43,775 nt of DNA, taken from contig NW_021834973.1 of the NCBI RefSeq assembly GCF_006345805.1, forward strand, positions 1 to 43,775. The letters run 5' to 3'. This DNA comes from Octopus sinensis. Taxonomy: Eukaryota. The position numbers were made by a program, and so were the translations under genes. Shown piece by piece: positions 11,192 to 23,918 of this stretch. The notes beneath the pieces are model-generated. The model had not been told where the DNA came from. It saw only the letters and a program-made list of their open reading frames with translations, and made no database searches. The stretch's first letter is position 1, and each line of letters starts with the position of its first letter.

Positions 11192-11663
11192 AGAGTGTCT
11201 TGACCATCTCTTGTATAAATTCCGACTTTCAAAATAACTGTCGGTGTTTCTACCGTAGAACCAGAAGTAGACTTTCATTCTCAGATAAAACAAATGTTAT
11301 ATCATTACATCAATAATAACACCGAGAAAAGTCTCAATATGACACAATCTCATCTTTTCTGAATATATTTCTACAAAAATCAATTTATCTATCAACAAAG
11401 CTTTACTTGTACCAGCTTGCATTCGCACATCACAACTAGTATCTTTTCATAACCTGACGTTTCCGAAAAGGGTCCGTCATCATGAGAAGTGCTTTCTATG
11501 TGGACATTCTTTTCTTCATGACGAGCCAATAATCTTCGAAGTTTTTCCTTTTGCTTCAATTAATGATAATCGTAATTAAATTCCTTTTATTCAGTTCATT
11601 ATTTCCATACGTCAACAACTGTAAAGTAGATGTTGAATTCACCGTAAACCACATCTTTCAGAT

Positions 11664-11853
11664 CTCATTTCGATTCCTGATTAGCATGATTGATTAATAA
11701 TTTCCCACTGGTACTCTTGGAAAATTATGAGGCACCTTAGGTTGCCAATTCTTGTGTCCCTGTAAATTTGAGGGGTTCAATGTTGCATTATTTGTACGGT
11801 CAGAAAGAATCGCCAATGACCAAACACTCTTATGGAATTACATCTCACGTATG
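11664..11853 (+). repeat. 190-bp direct repeat, copy 2
   Basis: Near-identical to 8619-8809. Confidence 0.95.
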
Positions 11854-12625
11854 CATTACAGAATTTAGTTAGCGCTTTTAAACCAATATCAGTGATGCGA
11901 AGAAAGCTAGTATTATTAACGCAGACAACATTAATTAGCTAATTAGAAATGTGTAGTGAGGAAAAATCAACCTTACCTGAATGAATATCATGTCAACAAT
12001 TTCAACCAGCAAGAGAAACAACTTCAGACATGTATGTGTCTTATAGGGATTTCTTCGGTGAAAAAGACATCGCCGTACTTGCTGAAGTAGGGGGAGAAAA
12101 AAAAACAAAGTATGAATAGACTATCGGACAAGGGTTGGCAGGAAAATCAGTAGAATTCCTATGAATAACATTCATTTTAGTAAATTAATTAACGTTTATA
12201 GCAAATAATATAATCACCAGGTTAAACCGAAATATTCTGACTACGCTAAAGTCGGTTTATATATGAGCGTATGTATGTCTTTGCTTTATATACGAACAGA
12301 TATATCCCATGCGCTATTTGTTCTCTTATATAAATGTATGTATGCGTGCGTACTATATATGCATATGCACACGCGAGTGTGTGTATGTTTGAATGAATGT
12401 AAATATGTATCTATAAACTGCTTGAAATGAATACTTCCATATCTCAAAAAAAAAGTGTCAATAACCAAACGTTCGATTTTCCTCTTCCTACAACACACAC
12501 GAACCCATACTCTTCTACATTTTACCACCTTTCATTTTCTATATGAAACTTCCCTTTCTATCCTCATCTCTCTGCATTACTTTCTTCTTACACACACTTC
12601 TATTTAATTAATCATCAACATCGTT

Positions 12626-12675
<50 letters not shown>

Positions 12676-12779
12676 CACACACAAATTGTTTCACTTTTCA
12701 AGTGTATTTTCGTTCGGACCAATCCTTGTTTTTTAATCTGATTTCAAACACACTACAGATCGAATTTATAATAATGTTC

Positions 12780-12998
12780 TCTTATATGTGTGTGGGCGCA
12801 TACATGTACGTATATACATTATATATTATATACGTATGTATATACGTATATATTATATATGTACATATGCAAGTATAGATGTGCCTGTGTGCATGCGAAT
12901 GCGCGAGCCTGTATGTGTGTCCATGTATATCTATGTCAGTATTTTGTGTTGAATAAATGTGTGCATGCGTGTACGCACACTCACACACCACCCCCACA

Positions 12999-13073
<75 letters not shown>

Positions 13074-14107
13074 CTATATATATTATATATATATATTATA
13101 TAGTTTTATTATATATACATATAGATATATATTAAATATATATTATATATATATATATATATTTATATATGTATAACTTTATATTATGTATATATATATT
13201 TATATTATATAATATTCATTATTTATTATATATATATTTATATATTTATATTATATATTATATATTATATATATATTATATACATATTATATATACATAT
13301 ATATATTATATATAATATAAATATATATTATACATATATATATGTGTGTGTGTCAAATTGTGCTTGATCCACGTGTGTAAAAATGGTGCGTGTGTGTGTG
13401 TGTGTATGTGTGTGTATGTGTGTGTGTGTGTCTGTGTGTGTGTGTGTGTGGTATAATTAAGAAATGATATTGACAATTCTACGAAGTACTTTTTACATTT
13501 GTTCCTTTTTTTTCATTTCTTTTTTTTTTTCCTCATTTGCAAGTAACAATTTCAGCAGGAAAATTAGGAATTAACTGAGTCTATAATGAACGGTAACAAC
13601 GCTGTTATCTCTGATTTTTAAAAAGGGGGGTCGGAAGCGTCGATGAGGTGGGAGTTGATACTAATGAAATCGATGGGGGATTATTGAAACTGTGTGAAAT
13701 ATAAGTCATAGTGAATGAAATATATGTGTTAGATGCGTGTGTGTGAGTGAGATAACAATGAGAATGAGTATTACCGATCCAGGAGGAACTATTGTCTAGT
13801 CAAAGCATACAACACTTCAAAATGGAGGAAGTCTCTGGCACTTATGTTCATAAAAATATACATGCAAAAAGCAACCACAGACACATACATATTACATACA
13901 CATATATACACTCACACATGTATGTGCTATAATATATCGTGTATGCATGTATGTAATATATTATATAAAATATATATATATATATTATATATATATTAAA
14001 TATATATATATAAAATATATATAACATTATATGTCTATATATATATATAATATATATAACATTATATGTCTACATATATATATATAATATATATAACATT
14101 ATATGTC

Positions 14108-14146
<39 letters not shown>

Positions 14147-14360
14147 TACATTATGTCTACATATATATATATATAATAATATAACATTATATGTCTACAT
14201 ATATATATATATATACACTAATACATATATTCATACACTATGGTATATATATATGTATTCATTCTAATACATACATGCATACACATATGGCGTATATATA
14301 TATATATATATATATGTATACATTCTAATACATATATGCATACACATATGGTATATATAT

Positions 14361-14410
<50 letters not shown>
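12780..14410. repeat. Large (TA)n/(TG)n low-complexity block with derived minisatellites
   Basis: Direct inspection. Similar blocks occur at 1838-2200, 7895-7970, 17580-17900 and 31030-31290, and (GA)n at 40627-40800. Confidence 0.95.
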
Positions 14411-14415
<5 letters not shown>

Positions 14416-14867
14416 CATTACTGCACATATATTAAACAAACACCTACATAAAAACAGTCAATTGGAAATATATTTGAAAAAAGTCAATGTTTTAAGTATT
14501 TTATTGTTCACAGCGGTGCGGTTGTTGATCCAGTTGTAGTAAGCAACTGATCCTACCCTTAATCCCTTAATCCAGCCGGAGTTCTCAGGTGAGATAATTA
14601 TCATTAAAGTGTCTTATCTTATTATTCTTACCCTCCTATTGAATTTCATTTTATTTTTGTCGTTTTTTTTTTCTCCTATGTTTTTTTTTTAATGGTAACT
14701 GCAAGACACAATATGATAATATTATTCGGAACGCAAAATTAACACCAGACTTTTCTCCTCTTTCCAACTGTTTCGGCTAAATATCTTAATTCGCTTACTA
14801 ACAACTAAACGATCCATGCTTGAAACGAAAATAATTGTTACCTTCCTTCCTCTCAACTGGATTCAGG

Positions 14868-14899
<32 letters not shown>

Positions 14900-15054
14900 T
14901 AAAAAAAAACTTGCATAGAAAAAATAGATACAAGTATCAACAATAATACTGGCATTTATTATTATTATTATTTTTACTATTTATTATCATCATATTTTAT
15001 AGTGAGAAATACATCAAGAGTTTCGCTAATTAAAAAATTTGGTCCATCGTGGAA

Positions 15055-15290
15055 CAACCTATACCTTTCATCATTTCGGGATCGAGAAAGTAAGTACCGG
15101 TTATGTACTCGGGCCCATATAATCGCCTTACTCCTCCCTTCAAAATTGATGGCTTTGTGCCAAAATAATAACAATAACAATATCAATAATAATAACATTA
15201 TTATTATTATTATTATCATAAAGGCGGCGAATTAGCGGAATCGTTAGTACGCCGGACAAAATGCTTGGCGACATTTCGTCCGTCTTTATC
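15055..15290 (+). mobile_element. Two decayed SINE family A fragments
   Basis: Central domain at 15060-15110 and head ggcggcgaattagcggaatcgttagtacgccgg at 15222. Confidence 0.6.
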
Positions 15291-16161
15291 CAAATATGGA
15301 CATATTTCATAGTTTATCTCTGTTTAGAAATCAGAAAAATGTAGTGTTGTGGTATTAAGGGCCTCCTCATATAATGGTTCTCAAGAGGAACTTTATTCTT
15401 GTTTTAGGAGAAGTAACACTCGAGATTGTGTATAATAAATAAATATATATATATATATGGATATATATATAGGTGTTTCTATTCTGTTTACTTTAAGTTC
15501 CTTACTGATAAAACTAAAAAAAAAAGTATGGATCTTTTTGATATTAAACTATTATGTCAACGTCGCAGCTCTCGGAAAAGTTAATCACAAGCACGAGATA
15601 TCGAAATATAAAATGCGAAAGAAAAAGAAACAGTGAAAGATAGAGGGGAAAATTGGTACCTCTAAAGCCTGAGAAACTTTTTAAGGATCAGTTTCTTATT
15701 TCTGGTTTCATCGCTGAAAATGATTGCGTGATAATTGTTCTTCGGGATAGGTTACTCGTCATATCTATAAAATTGCTTAATATTTTCAAATCTATTATAT
15801 ACAAGAGAGAAGTGAAAGAAAATACTATTCGGCTTCAGATCATAATAGAGCGAAGCATTTTGTAAGAACTTTCATATCGTTTTATCATTTGTGTATTACA
15901 GGACGCGAAACAGTGTGTTTCGAAGAATATTCTTTAACATTCTATCATAAAACAAATATGTGTGAATGTATGTATGTATGGATGGATGGAGGTATATATA
16001 TATATAGAGAGAGAGATAATTCAGCTAAAGTCCTTTCTCGCTTACGTAATCATCTTTGGAAAGGCATAAAATATCACATTTTTATATTTTTCCATAATGA
16101 ATCTGAAATCGTATAACCAGTAAAGTGAATACAGCGACTAAAAGATGCATTTAATGACTAC

Positions 16162-16200
<39 letters not shown>

Positions 16201-17584
16201 GATATGTGTGTGTATACTTATACGCGCGTTTGTGTAGGTATATGTGTAAAGATAAACATTGCGTACATTGAACAAATGTTATATAAGGTCGTATGCAAAA
16301 ATATAGGCAGATAGAACGATAGATAATTCAATAAATAGCTCGATAAATTATCACTTATATATAGAATAATAGATAGATAGCTCGATGGTCAGCATAGTGT
16401 AATTGAAGTTGAACTCCAGGTGAAGGTTTTTTTTTTTTGAGAATTGTTTTTGATAACCCATTGAGGTTTTACTGAGTGTTTGGTATTGGGTTTTCTTTGT
16501 TGAACCCCCAACTTTTTTCACCCTTTCCCCCCTATTTTCTCCCTATCATTTCTTTACTTTTTTCTATTTTCTTTTTCTCCTCCTCTTCTTCCTCGTCTTC
16601 TTTTTTCTTTCTTCCATTTGTTCTTGTTCTCACAGTCATCGCCATTTTGAAGTTTTACTATTTTCTTTTCGCTGAATCTTGAAACTTTGCATTAATATGA
16701 CATTTGGAAAAAAAAATTAATAATTAAAACTAAAAAAAAAACAAAAACAAATCGAAAAAAGCAAGAAAGATGGTAAAATTCTTATATTATTCCCTGTCAA
16801 CGCTGCTCGGTAAACTGCACGTTTTTCTGCAACTAAACATTTCTTTAAGAAAAAAAAAGGGAAAACATGAAAATTCTATGAAATCTGTCAAAAGCTGCCA
16901 ACCAGAATTTTTAAAAAAATGGCTTACAAATATTTACATTGTTCACGTAAGTGCCGTATTCTTCAAATATATTTCGTTTGGCTTCGTATTTATTTTATAT
17001 TTAGTCATGATTTGATTAACTTGTTATTGTTCTTGCTGCTGTTGCTACTGCTACTACTAGCATTAATGCTGTTACTGCTGCTGCTGCTGTTGTTTTGAAA
17101 CACGTTTTTATTAACGCTTCGTTTTGCTCCAACAAGCTTTTAGGCTTTTATCTTTTTTTTTTTTGCTATTGCCATTCTTGTTTTGCCATTACTAAATGCA
17201 CCACAAACTGACTGAAAGCAAACTTCAAACCCTCGCGATCGCGATCATCATCATTACTATTATTATTATTATTATTATTATCATTATTATTATTACCCAA
17301 CATGACAAAAAGTACAATTCAACGTTAGAATAATGGTGGAAAAAAATAACACACAAATCAAAAGCATCCGTCAACTTATTCATTATACTGTTAAAAATTA
17401 GGCTCTTTTCCCCCGTGTAAGATATTTAATTAATTCTAAGTTTTTTTTGTAAAGTAAAGTCTGCATTGTCAATTTCACCAGAATTAGTCATTTAGAAAAT
17501 TATTGTCCTCGTCATTAATAGTTTTAATTAGCTGAATTTTCTTCGTTTCGGACAACAATTATATTAGTATCCACTTTACTATAT

Positions 17585-17627
<43 letters not shown>

Positions 17628-17652
17628 CATACATATATATATACATACATAT

Positions 17653-17764
<112 letters not shown>

Positions 17765-18142
17765 ATATATATGAAAAAACAAGTCAAAATAGAAAATGCT
17801 AAAATATATATACATACATATATATATAATATATATATGCATATAAGATACATAATCACACATATATACTTTATAATTATACATACAAGCAGACACACGT
17901 GTGTTTATTTTCTTCCCTTATTCACAATGTATTTCTACTAATATTAGTAAGCAACAGTAACACTAGTAGTAGTAGTAGTAGTATTTATTGTTTTATATTG
18001 TTCTCCTCTTTGTAATATTGTGTGCGTTTCACTTGTTATTTTTTCAAAATGTTAATATTGTTCAACTTGTTGATTAGTTCTTTGCCGTCTGTTTCAATGT
18101 TGTCGTTACTATTATTTTTATTATTTCGTTTTCTTTGATTTG

Positions 18143-18189
<47 letters not shown>

Positions 18190-18674
18190 CATTTTTAGAT
18201 TTTAGGCATTTTTATTTCATATTTTTTCAGTTTTTAAATATATTTTGTGTAACGTTTTATTTTTGTTTTAATTTTTTTAATTTTTATCATTTATTATTTT
18301 ACTAGATTTTTATTTATTTGGGGGGTTGAAATAGTCAAAGTGAAAGTAAAGAAAGTGAGGAAATTTTAGCCATAAAGAATATTCATATTTTGATTCTGTT
18401 TTTCCGAGAAAAAACAGAGACAGACATTATGCCATGGCACTTTATAGTGTAAACCGAATTTTTCGGGATTTTTGTCTTTTAGCAATTCCAACATGCTTAA
18501 AGCCAGACATCGACAATGTTATCTTCAGTGTTTTTCTAGTTTAATCTTTGCTAGTTTTATTACATTTTGAATGACTGTGCTTAAGGAATTATGCAAATTC
18601 TCATGGTGCCTTAAAACGTCAACGGCTTTATCTTGTATCCGAAAATCTAGTTTCTTCTTTGCCGAACGCTTCCT

Positions 18675-18788
18675 TTATATGATGGCGTTGATGACTTTGT
18701 GGAACAATTCTTGCATAGAAGAGTCATGACATTGACTGCATGGTAATTTTGGTGGAGGACGAGGTTGATTTTGCCGAGCCTTTCTCCC
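18675..18788 (-). CDS. Candidate terminal exon of a nested antisense gene (GRKARQNQPRPPPKLPCSQCHDSSMQELFHKVINAII*)
   Basis: Minus-strand acceptor gctgctttacttctatcag and 37 open codons to TAA. It is followed by about 2 kb of SINE-free sequence that is A-rich and UTR-like on the minus strand. Confidence 0.3.
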   Translation of the reverse strand, partial: GRKARQNQPRPPPKLPCSQCHDSSMQELFHKVINAII

Positions 18789-19253
18789 CTGATAGAAGTA
18801 AAGCAGCTTTACCTAGGATACCAACTATTGTTTGAGTAATAAATATAACAGGATTCAAATTCGCTGCACCAAATTTATGAGAACCTCGATTCTTATAGTG
18901 TTATCTACTGCTGCAGCAGTGAGATGCGTCAGTGAACCGTGGCATTAATTTACATAGCTGGGATGTGAGTGGGGAAAGGTGACAAGCTTGATTCAGAACT
19001 TTTGATAACAAGACATTTGTACTCAGAGCCAGAGCCGGTTTCAGCCGGGCTGGTAACAAAAGGGTTAAAGGAATGCGCTGAGCCCGTACGGTTTTAAAGT
19101 GTTTTGGTAATGGGAGGAGTAGAAAATAGGATTAGAATGGTCCAGGGATTAGGAATGAAGCTATTAATATGATTAATTATTAACTGTTACCCAAAGATGT
19201 GTAGACTTAAAGAGAAAGGCTTTATGAATTTTCAAGAGAAATCATAGATAATA

Positions 19254-19820
19254 TTGGGTTATCCGGAAAGTTCGTGCAGGTTTTTTAAAGGAAAGAAAAA
19301 GGTCAATAAATACTTGCCATTACATTTTTAATCAACCAAATATGAACTATTTTGTTGCACAATGGGTCTCCATCTTTCCTTTAACTTGAAAATACCCTCT
19401 TCCCAGAATTGAGGTGGTTTCATGGCAAAGAATTCATCAAGGTATATCTTTGCGTCATCCAAAGAATTGAAATTTTTATCATTAAGACTATTCTGCAGAG
19501 ACCTGAGTAAGTGGAAATCCGAAGGAGCAATATCTGGTGAATATGGTGGGTGGGGTAATACATCCCAGCCGAGCTGCAGCAATTTTTGTCTGGTTCCCAA
19601 AGCATTAAGTGCCGAAAATGAACTTTCTTATCTTCCATTTTAAAGGGTTACAAAATTAATACAGGTTATAGGAACATAAACCTTCTTCCACAAAAAGATA
19701 GCTTAAACTGTATTGTAAATAGAGGTGTAGTCAAATCGTATTTTACGGACTCAAGTATGTTCTAAAATAAATCGAAAGGAAAGCTACTATAAAGCAGCAC
19801 GAACTTTCCGGACAACCCAA
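19254..19820 (-). mobile_element. Internally deleted mariner (567 bp)
   Basis: TIRs ttgggtt(a/g)tccggaaagttcgtgc with TA TSD (19252-53, 19821-22). The N-terminus MEDKKVHFRHLMLWE is joined directly to the C-terminus with HPPYSPDIAPSDFHL. Confidence 0.92.
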
Positions 19821-19931
19821 TATTTCACTAAATATTAAAAGGTATGATGAAGGGATACAGACTCGAACGTCCTGCTTCCCAGGTGTAATAAAGGTACGAG
19901 TGAAGGGATGTAGGAACTCCATGCTTCTCAC

Positions 19932-19986
19932 AGCGGCTTTCAAGTCATCTGTGACATATAGTGAATTTTCTGCCCCTCCTTTGGGT
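19932..19986 (-). CDS. Candidate internal exon of a nested antisense gene (PKGGAENSLYVTDDLKAA)
   Basis: On the minus strand: acceptor ggcctttacag, 55-nt open exon and donor GCT|GTGAGA (phase 0), compatible with the exon at 18788. No homology recognised. Confidence 0.3.
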
Positions 19987-20794
19987 CTGTAAAGGCCTTA
20001 AGTGATTTGTGGTGAGATTCATTAGAAGCGTAAGTGAAGTGAATAAATTTCAACCAGGAAATGAAACCGTACCGTAGTGCTAGCAAGATCAGTTATTAAC
20101 TTCTTTACTCTATGCCACATACTTCAGTTAAGTTTAAATTTCTAGAATTTTCAAAATCTCGTAAATTACAACCATATGGGGGAACTGAAATTATTTTTTT
20201 TATTTGATAGATTATTTTTTATAATTTAGATAATTATTTTTGTTTTATTTTCATTCTTAATTTTCTTTTATTTTTCGTTTTCTTTTGTATATTTATTTGT
20301 ATTTATTTTTCTTTTTATGTTTGTATTTATGTTTAGTACATTCAATGTGATAAAATAGCCTATTCAATTATGAAGAAAAATACAGACACATACATATCCA
20401 ATCACACGGGCACGTACATCCCTGTCACATACATACAATCACATCTTGTTCATTTCCACTTATTTATGACGTTAGCATATGGTCACACAGAGTTATACAG
20501 TGGATTACAATAGATTCACATTATAACTATATAACTAAGTAGAGTTTCGGATGGAAATCTTTCTACCAGCTCTATATTCTGAATCCGAAACACACCAGGG
20601 TAGAACATGCGCCAGTTTAAGTTCAGGTCATACATTGGTACATATTATGTTGGATATAGCTTCAGACCTTGCAAATGGTCAGTTTCAATCTGGCACATGA
20701 AAACCAATGTATATGTTTGTGTCGGTATAATATATATATATATATATATATATACGTATTCCGAATTTGTGTAAATGTGTATAGAACAAAATAG

Positions 20795-20920
20795 CAGTTG
20801 AAAAAAGTTACAACATGGTCTGATTTTCACGGTTTTTATTATTGTATTTTTAAAAGGGGCCGGCCCCTTGAAATAATAAAAAAAAACGTGAAAACTTGAC
20901 CATGTTGTAACTTTATTCAA

Positions 20921-20923
<3 letters not shown>
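20795..20923. mobile_element. (TA)n-adjacent fold-back element with a central palindrome
   Basis: Arms cagttgaa(a/t)aaagttacaacatggtc...ttttcacg. Perfect central palindrome aaggggccggcccctt (20854-20869), directly followed by gaaa. Confidence 0.6.
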
Positions 20924-20961
<38 letters not shown>

Positions 20962-21808
20962 GCACATAATTAGGAGAACAAACATTGAGACAAACGATGT
21001 AAGATAATCTAACATCATACACACACACACACACACACACATACACACAACACACACAGATACACTTACAGAGACACAAACATGCTGAGTTATACATTTC
21101 ATTACGGGCACATACGCGCTCACGAACTTACAAATATAACCCACATACATAAAAATATGCACACGCTCGTTCATAAAGTAGCGTAGATGCACTGCACTTA
21201 ATGATCCCTGGATCGTGCATGACCACACATCTTAGCAGCACTATACCGTGATTTGACCAGCAAGACAATAAATAAGAACTAAGTGTTGGGTTGTGGGGTG
21301 TGAATCGAAGGTCCCAATAGCTGAATGGTTACCGAATTTCGCTTCGCAACCACGAAGCTGCGGGTTCAATTTCACTGCATAACATTTTAAGGAAATACTG
21401 TTTCCATAATACTGAGTCGACTGACTATACCTGGTGATTAAGATTGGGTGGTCGGAAACTGTGCAGAAACATTTCGGGTAGATTGCCTGTAATTCAAAAA
21501 GGTACAGCTTCGTTACTGTACCACATTGATTTTTATCTAGAATATGCTTTGCTACTTACACGTTTATTTAGGAGCGGGTAACTCGATTGAACTACTGATT
21601 TCTCATCATCAAACAAATGAGGTCCATTTGTTTGATTATATATATATATATATATATAATATATAATATATATATAAATCACACATAAGGGTGAAAAAAA
21701 TTGAATATTAATTAATAACATCAATTTAAAACACAAAGTGGCCTAGCGTATAAAGACTGGGATACAGTAAAAATTATTAATACAAGTACCTGTATATATA
21801 TATATATA

Positions 21809-22025
21809 ACCGGAGTAAACACATAAATGTGAAAACAGGTGGAAAAAAGAGTACTCAAATACGTGGTAGAGTATAGCTTTATTTTAGCAGAAATTCAACA
21901 AAATCTGTTACTTCTGAGTTTCTCGTTGCCGTTCATCAACAGTTTTTGCTAGAAAACTGTCTGATGACGGCAACGAGAACTCAGAGTAACAGATTTTGTT
22001 GAATTTTCTGCTGCTTAAAATAAAG
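21809..22025. mobile_element. (TA)n-embedded fold-back element with a minimal hammerhead-like motif in each arm (Penelope-like relic)
   Basis: Arms 21877-21946 and 21953-22025. The consensus of the arms is ACUGU-CUGAUGA-ACGGCAACGA-GAAA-CUCAGAG-UA-ACAG. Confidence 0.7.
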
Positions 22026-22058
<33 letters not shown>

Positions 22059-22063
22059 TATTT

Positions 22064-22220
22064 ATTTATTTTATAGAAGGAGCTTCTACAGGACTAGAAC
22101 TGTTTCATTCAATGAAATCATGATTTCATTCAGCTCCTTCTATAAAATAAATTAATTTACTCTGCCATGTATTGAGTACCTTATTTACTGTGGTTAACCC
22201 CGACTCAACCCGGGACCTAC
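22064..22220 (-). mobile_element. Second fold-back element of similar architecture in opposite orientation
   Basis: Perfect 21-bp arms at 22064-22084 and 22132-22152. The spacer retains GAAACAGUUCUAGUC on the minus strand. It carries the gtattgagtacc head motif shared with related elements. Confidence 0.55.
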
Positions 22221-22789
22221 ATATATATATATATATGTGTGTGTGTGTGTAAAAATTTTAAAATATATTGCAAATATATTTATATATTGCAAATATTATC
22301 TGTTACCTCATGAAGATGATAAGCAGTTAAATATATTCTAAAATAATCTAGCTGGTCAAATCTGTGTATAGTTTCACACTCAAAATTAGAGCACTTTTAT
22401 TATTATTATTATTTTTATTATCATTATTATTATTATTATTGTTCTCTAACTTTCGCACATTTCTTTCCTTTGCGTACAGTCTTTAGCAGGATCTTAAGTA
22501 GGTACACTCAGTTCTGACTTATTATAAATAGTAACAATGACGCTGACGACAATGACAACGATGTATGATGATGAAGACGATGGTTAATACCGACAAACAT
22601 TGGACATAACGATGAATAACACACCGATACGAGTCCTTGAAAATGATTACCACGCTGTTTTACAACTGACTCAGAGGGCATATGCTTTCACTCTCCTGGC
22701 CTAGGTGGCAATGGTGGTTCTAATAAGAATTGAAACCGTTGTCTTTCAGCTTCTGATCAGGAGAGTGTCAAACAAAACGCTTTGCAGTA

Positions 22790-23320
22790 TTTATTCCCTC
22801 CCTTTACATTTTAAGTTTAAATCCCGCCGTGAATAAGTACTGGGGTCGCTTCCATCGACCAATTTTCTCTCCCCAAAGTTTAGTCCTTGTTCGTATGCTA
22901 CAAATAACTTTAAGGGTAATTGTTTGGCAGAAACATTACAGAATCGAAATATAAAAATTGCGGTATTTGTTCCGGCTCACTTTTTAAGTTCAAATTGAAT
23001 CGAGATCAAATATACCCTTCATCCTTTCAGGATCGATAAAGTACCAGTCATATACTGGACTCAATGAAATCGACTTAGCCCTGCCGTCAACACTTCTGTC
23101 CTCCTGCCAAAATTTGAAAAAACAAAGCGGCGAGCTAGCATAATCGTTTGTACGTCGGACAAAATACTTAGCGGCTTTTCTTCCGACTCTAAACGTTCTG
23201 AGTTCAATATCAACCGAGATCGACTTTGCATTTCATCCTTTTGGAATCGACAAAATAAGTATCAGCCAAGCAATGGGTTGATACAAAAGAGTTGCATCTC
23301 CTTAGAAAATGCTGACCTTA
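22790..23320 (+). mobile_element. Cluster of about three decayed SINE family A copies
   Basis: Repeated 'ttcatcctttcaggatcgataaa/ttcatccttttggaatcgacaaa' and 'gcggcgagctagcataatcgtt' motifs. Confidence 0.6.
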
Positions 23321-23606
23321 CGCTAAAGTTATAAATAATTATTTGTAGTTCCGTCGCTATAAACTGGATCGCTTGTACACGATTCTTGGCAATAATATAT
23401 CCTAATCCATTAATTCGACCCTCACTCTTAGAACATTATTTAATCCTATCTAGGACCCACATTAGAAAATAAAAATGTTTCTTGTTCTTTTATTTTGAAA
23501 TCTTAGTTGACAGCAACAAATTTTGTGTTAACCAACAAAGCAACGCACCAACGTGACGTCAGTGATCTTACCTTGTGCACCTTATCAGCAATACAGGAGT
23601 TATTTA

Positions 23607-23918
23607 GTGGAGGCGCAATGGCCCAGTGGTTAGGGCAGCGGACTCGCGGTCATAGGATCGCCGTTTCGATTCCCAGACCGGGCGTTGTGAGTGTTTATTG
23701 AGCGAAAACACCTAAAAAAGCTCCACGAGGCACTGGCAGGGGATGGTGGTGATCCCTGCTGTACTCTCTGTGTCACGCTGAATATCCCCGAGAACTACGT
23801 TAAGGGTGCACGTGTCTGTGGAGTGCTCAGTCACTTACACGTTAATTTCACGAGCAGGCTGTTCCGTTGATTCGGATCAACCGGAACCCTCGTCGTCGTA
23901 ACCGACGGAGTGCTTCCA
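23607..23918 (+). mobile_element. tRNA-derived SINE family C with an internal deletion
   Basis: Head ggaggcgcaatggcccagtggttagggcagcggactc...ggtttcgattcc. About 75 nt are lost between actct microhomologies. atttag flanks both sides. Confidence 0.88.

Noticed and set aside
8619-11853. LTR retrotransposon interpretation of the 190-bp direct repeats
   Set aside because: No TG...CA termini, TSD, PBS/PPT or gag/pol remnants.
23607-23690. tRNA-like sequences (also the heads of families A and B)
   Set aside because: They are SINE heads with A/B boxes continuing into SINE bodies. I could not fold a complete cloverleaf.
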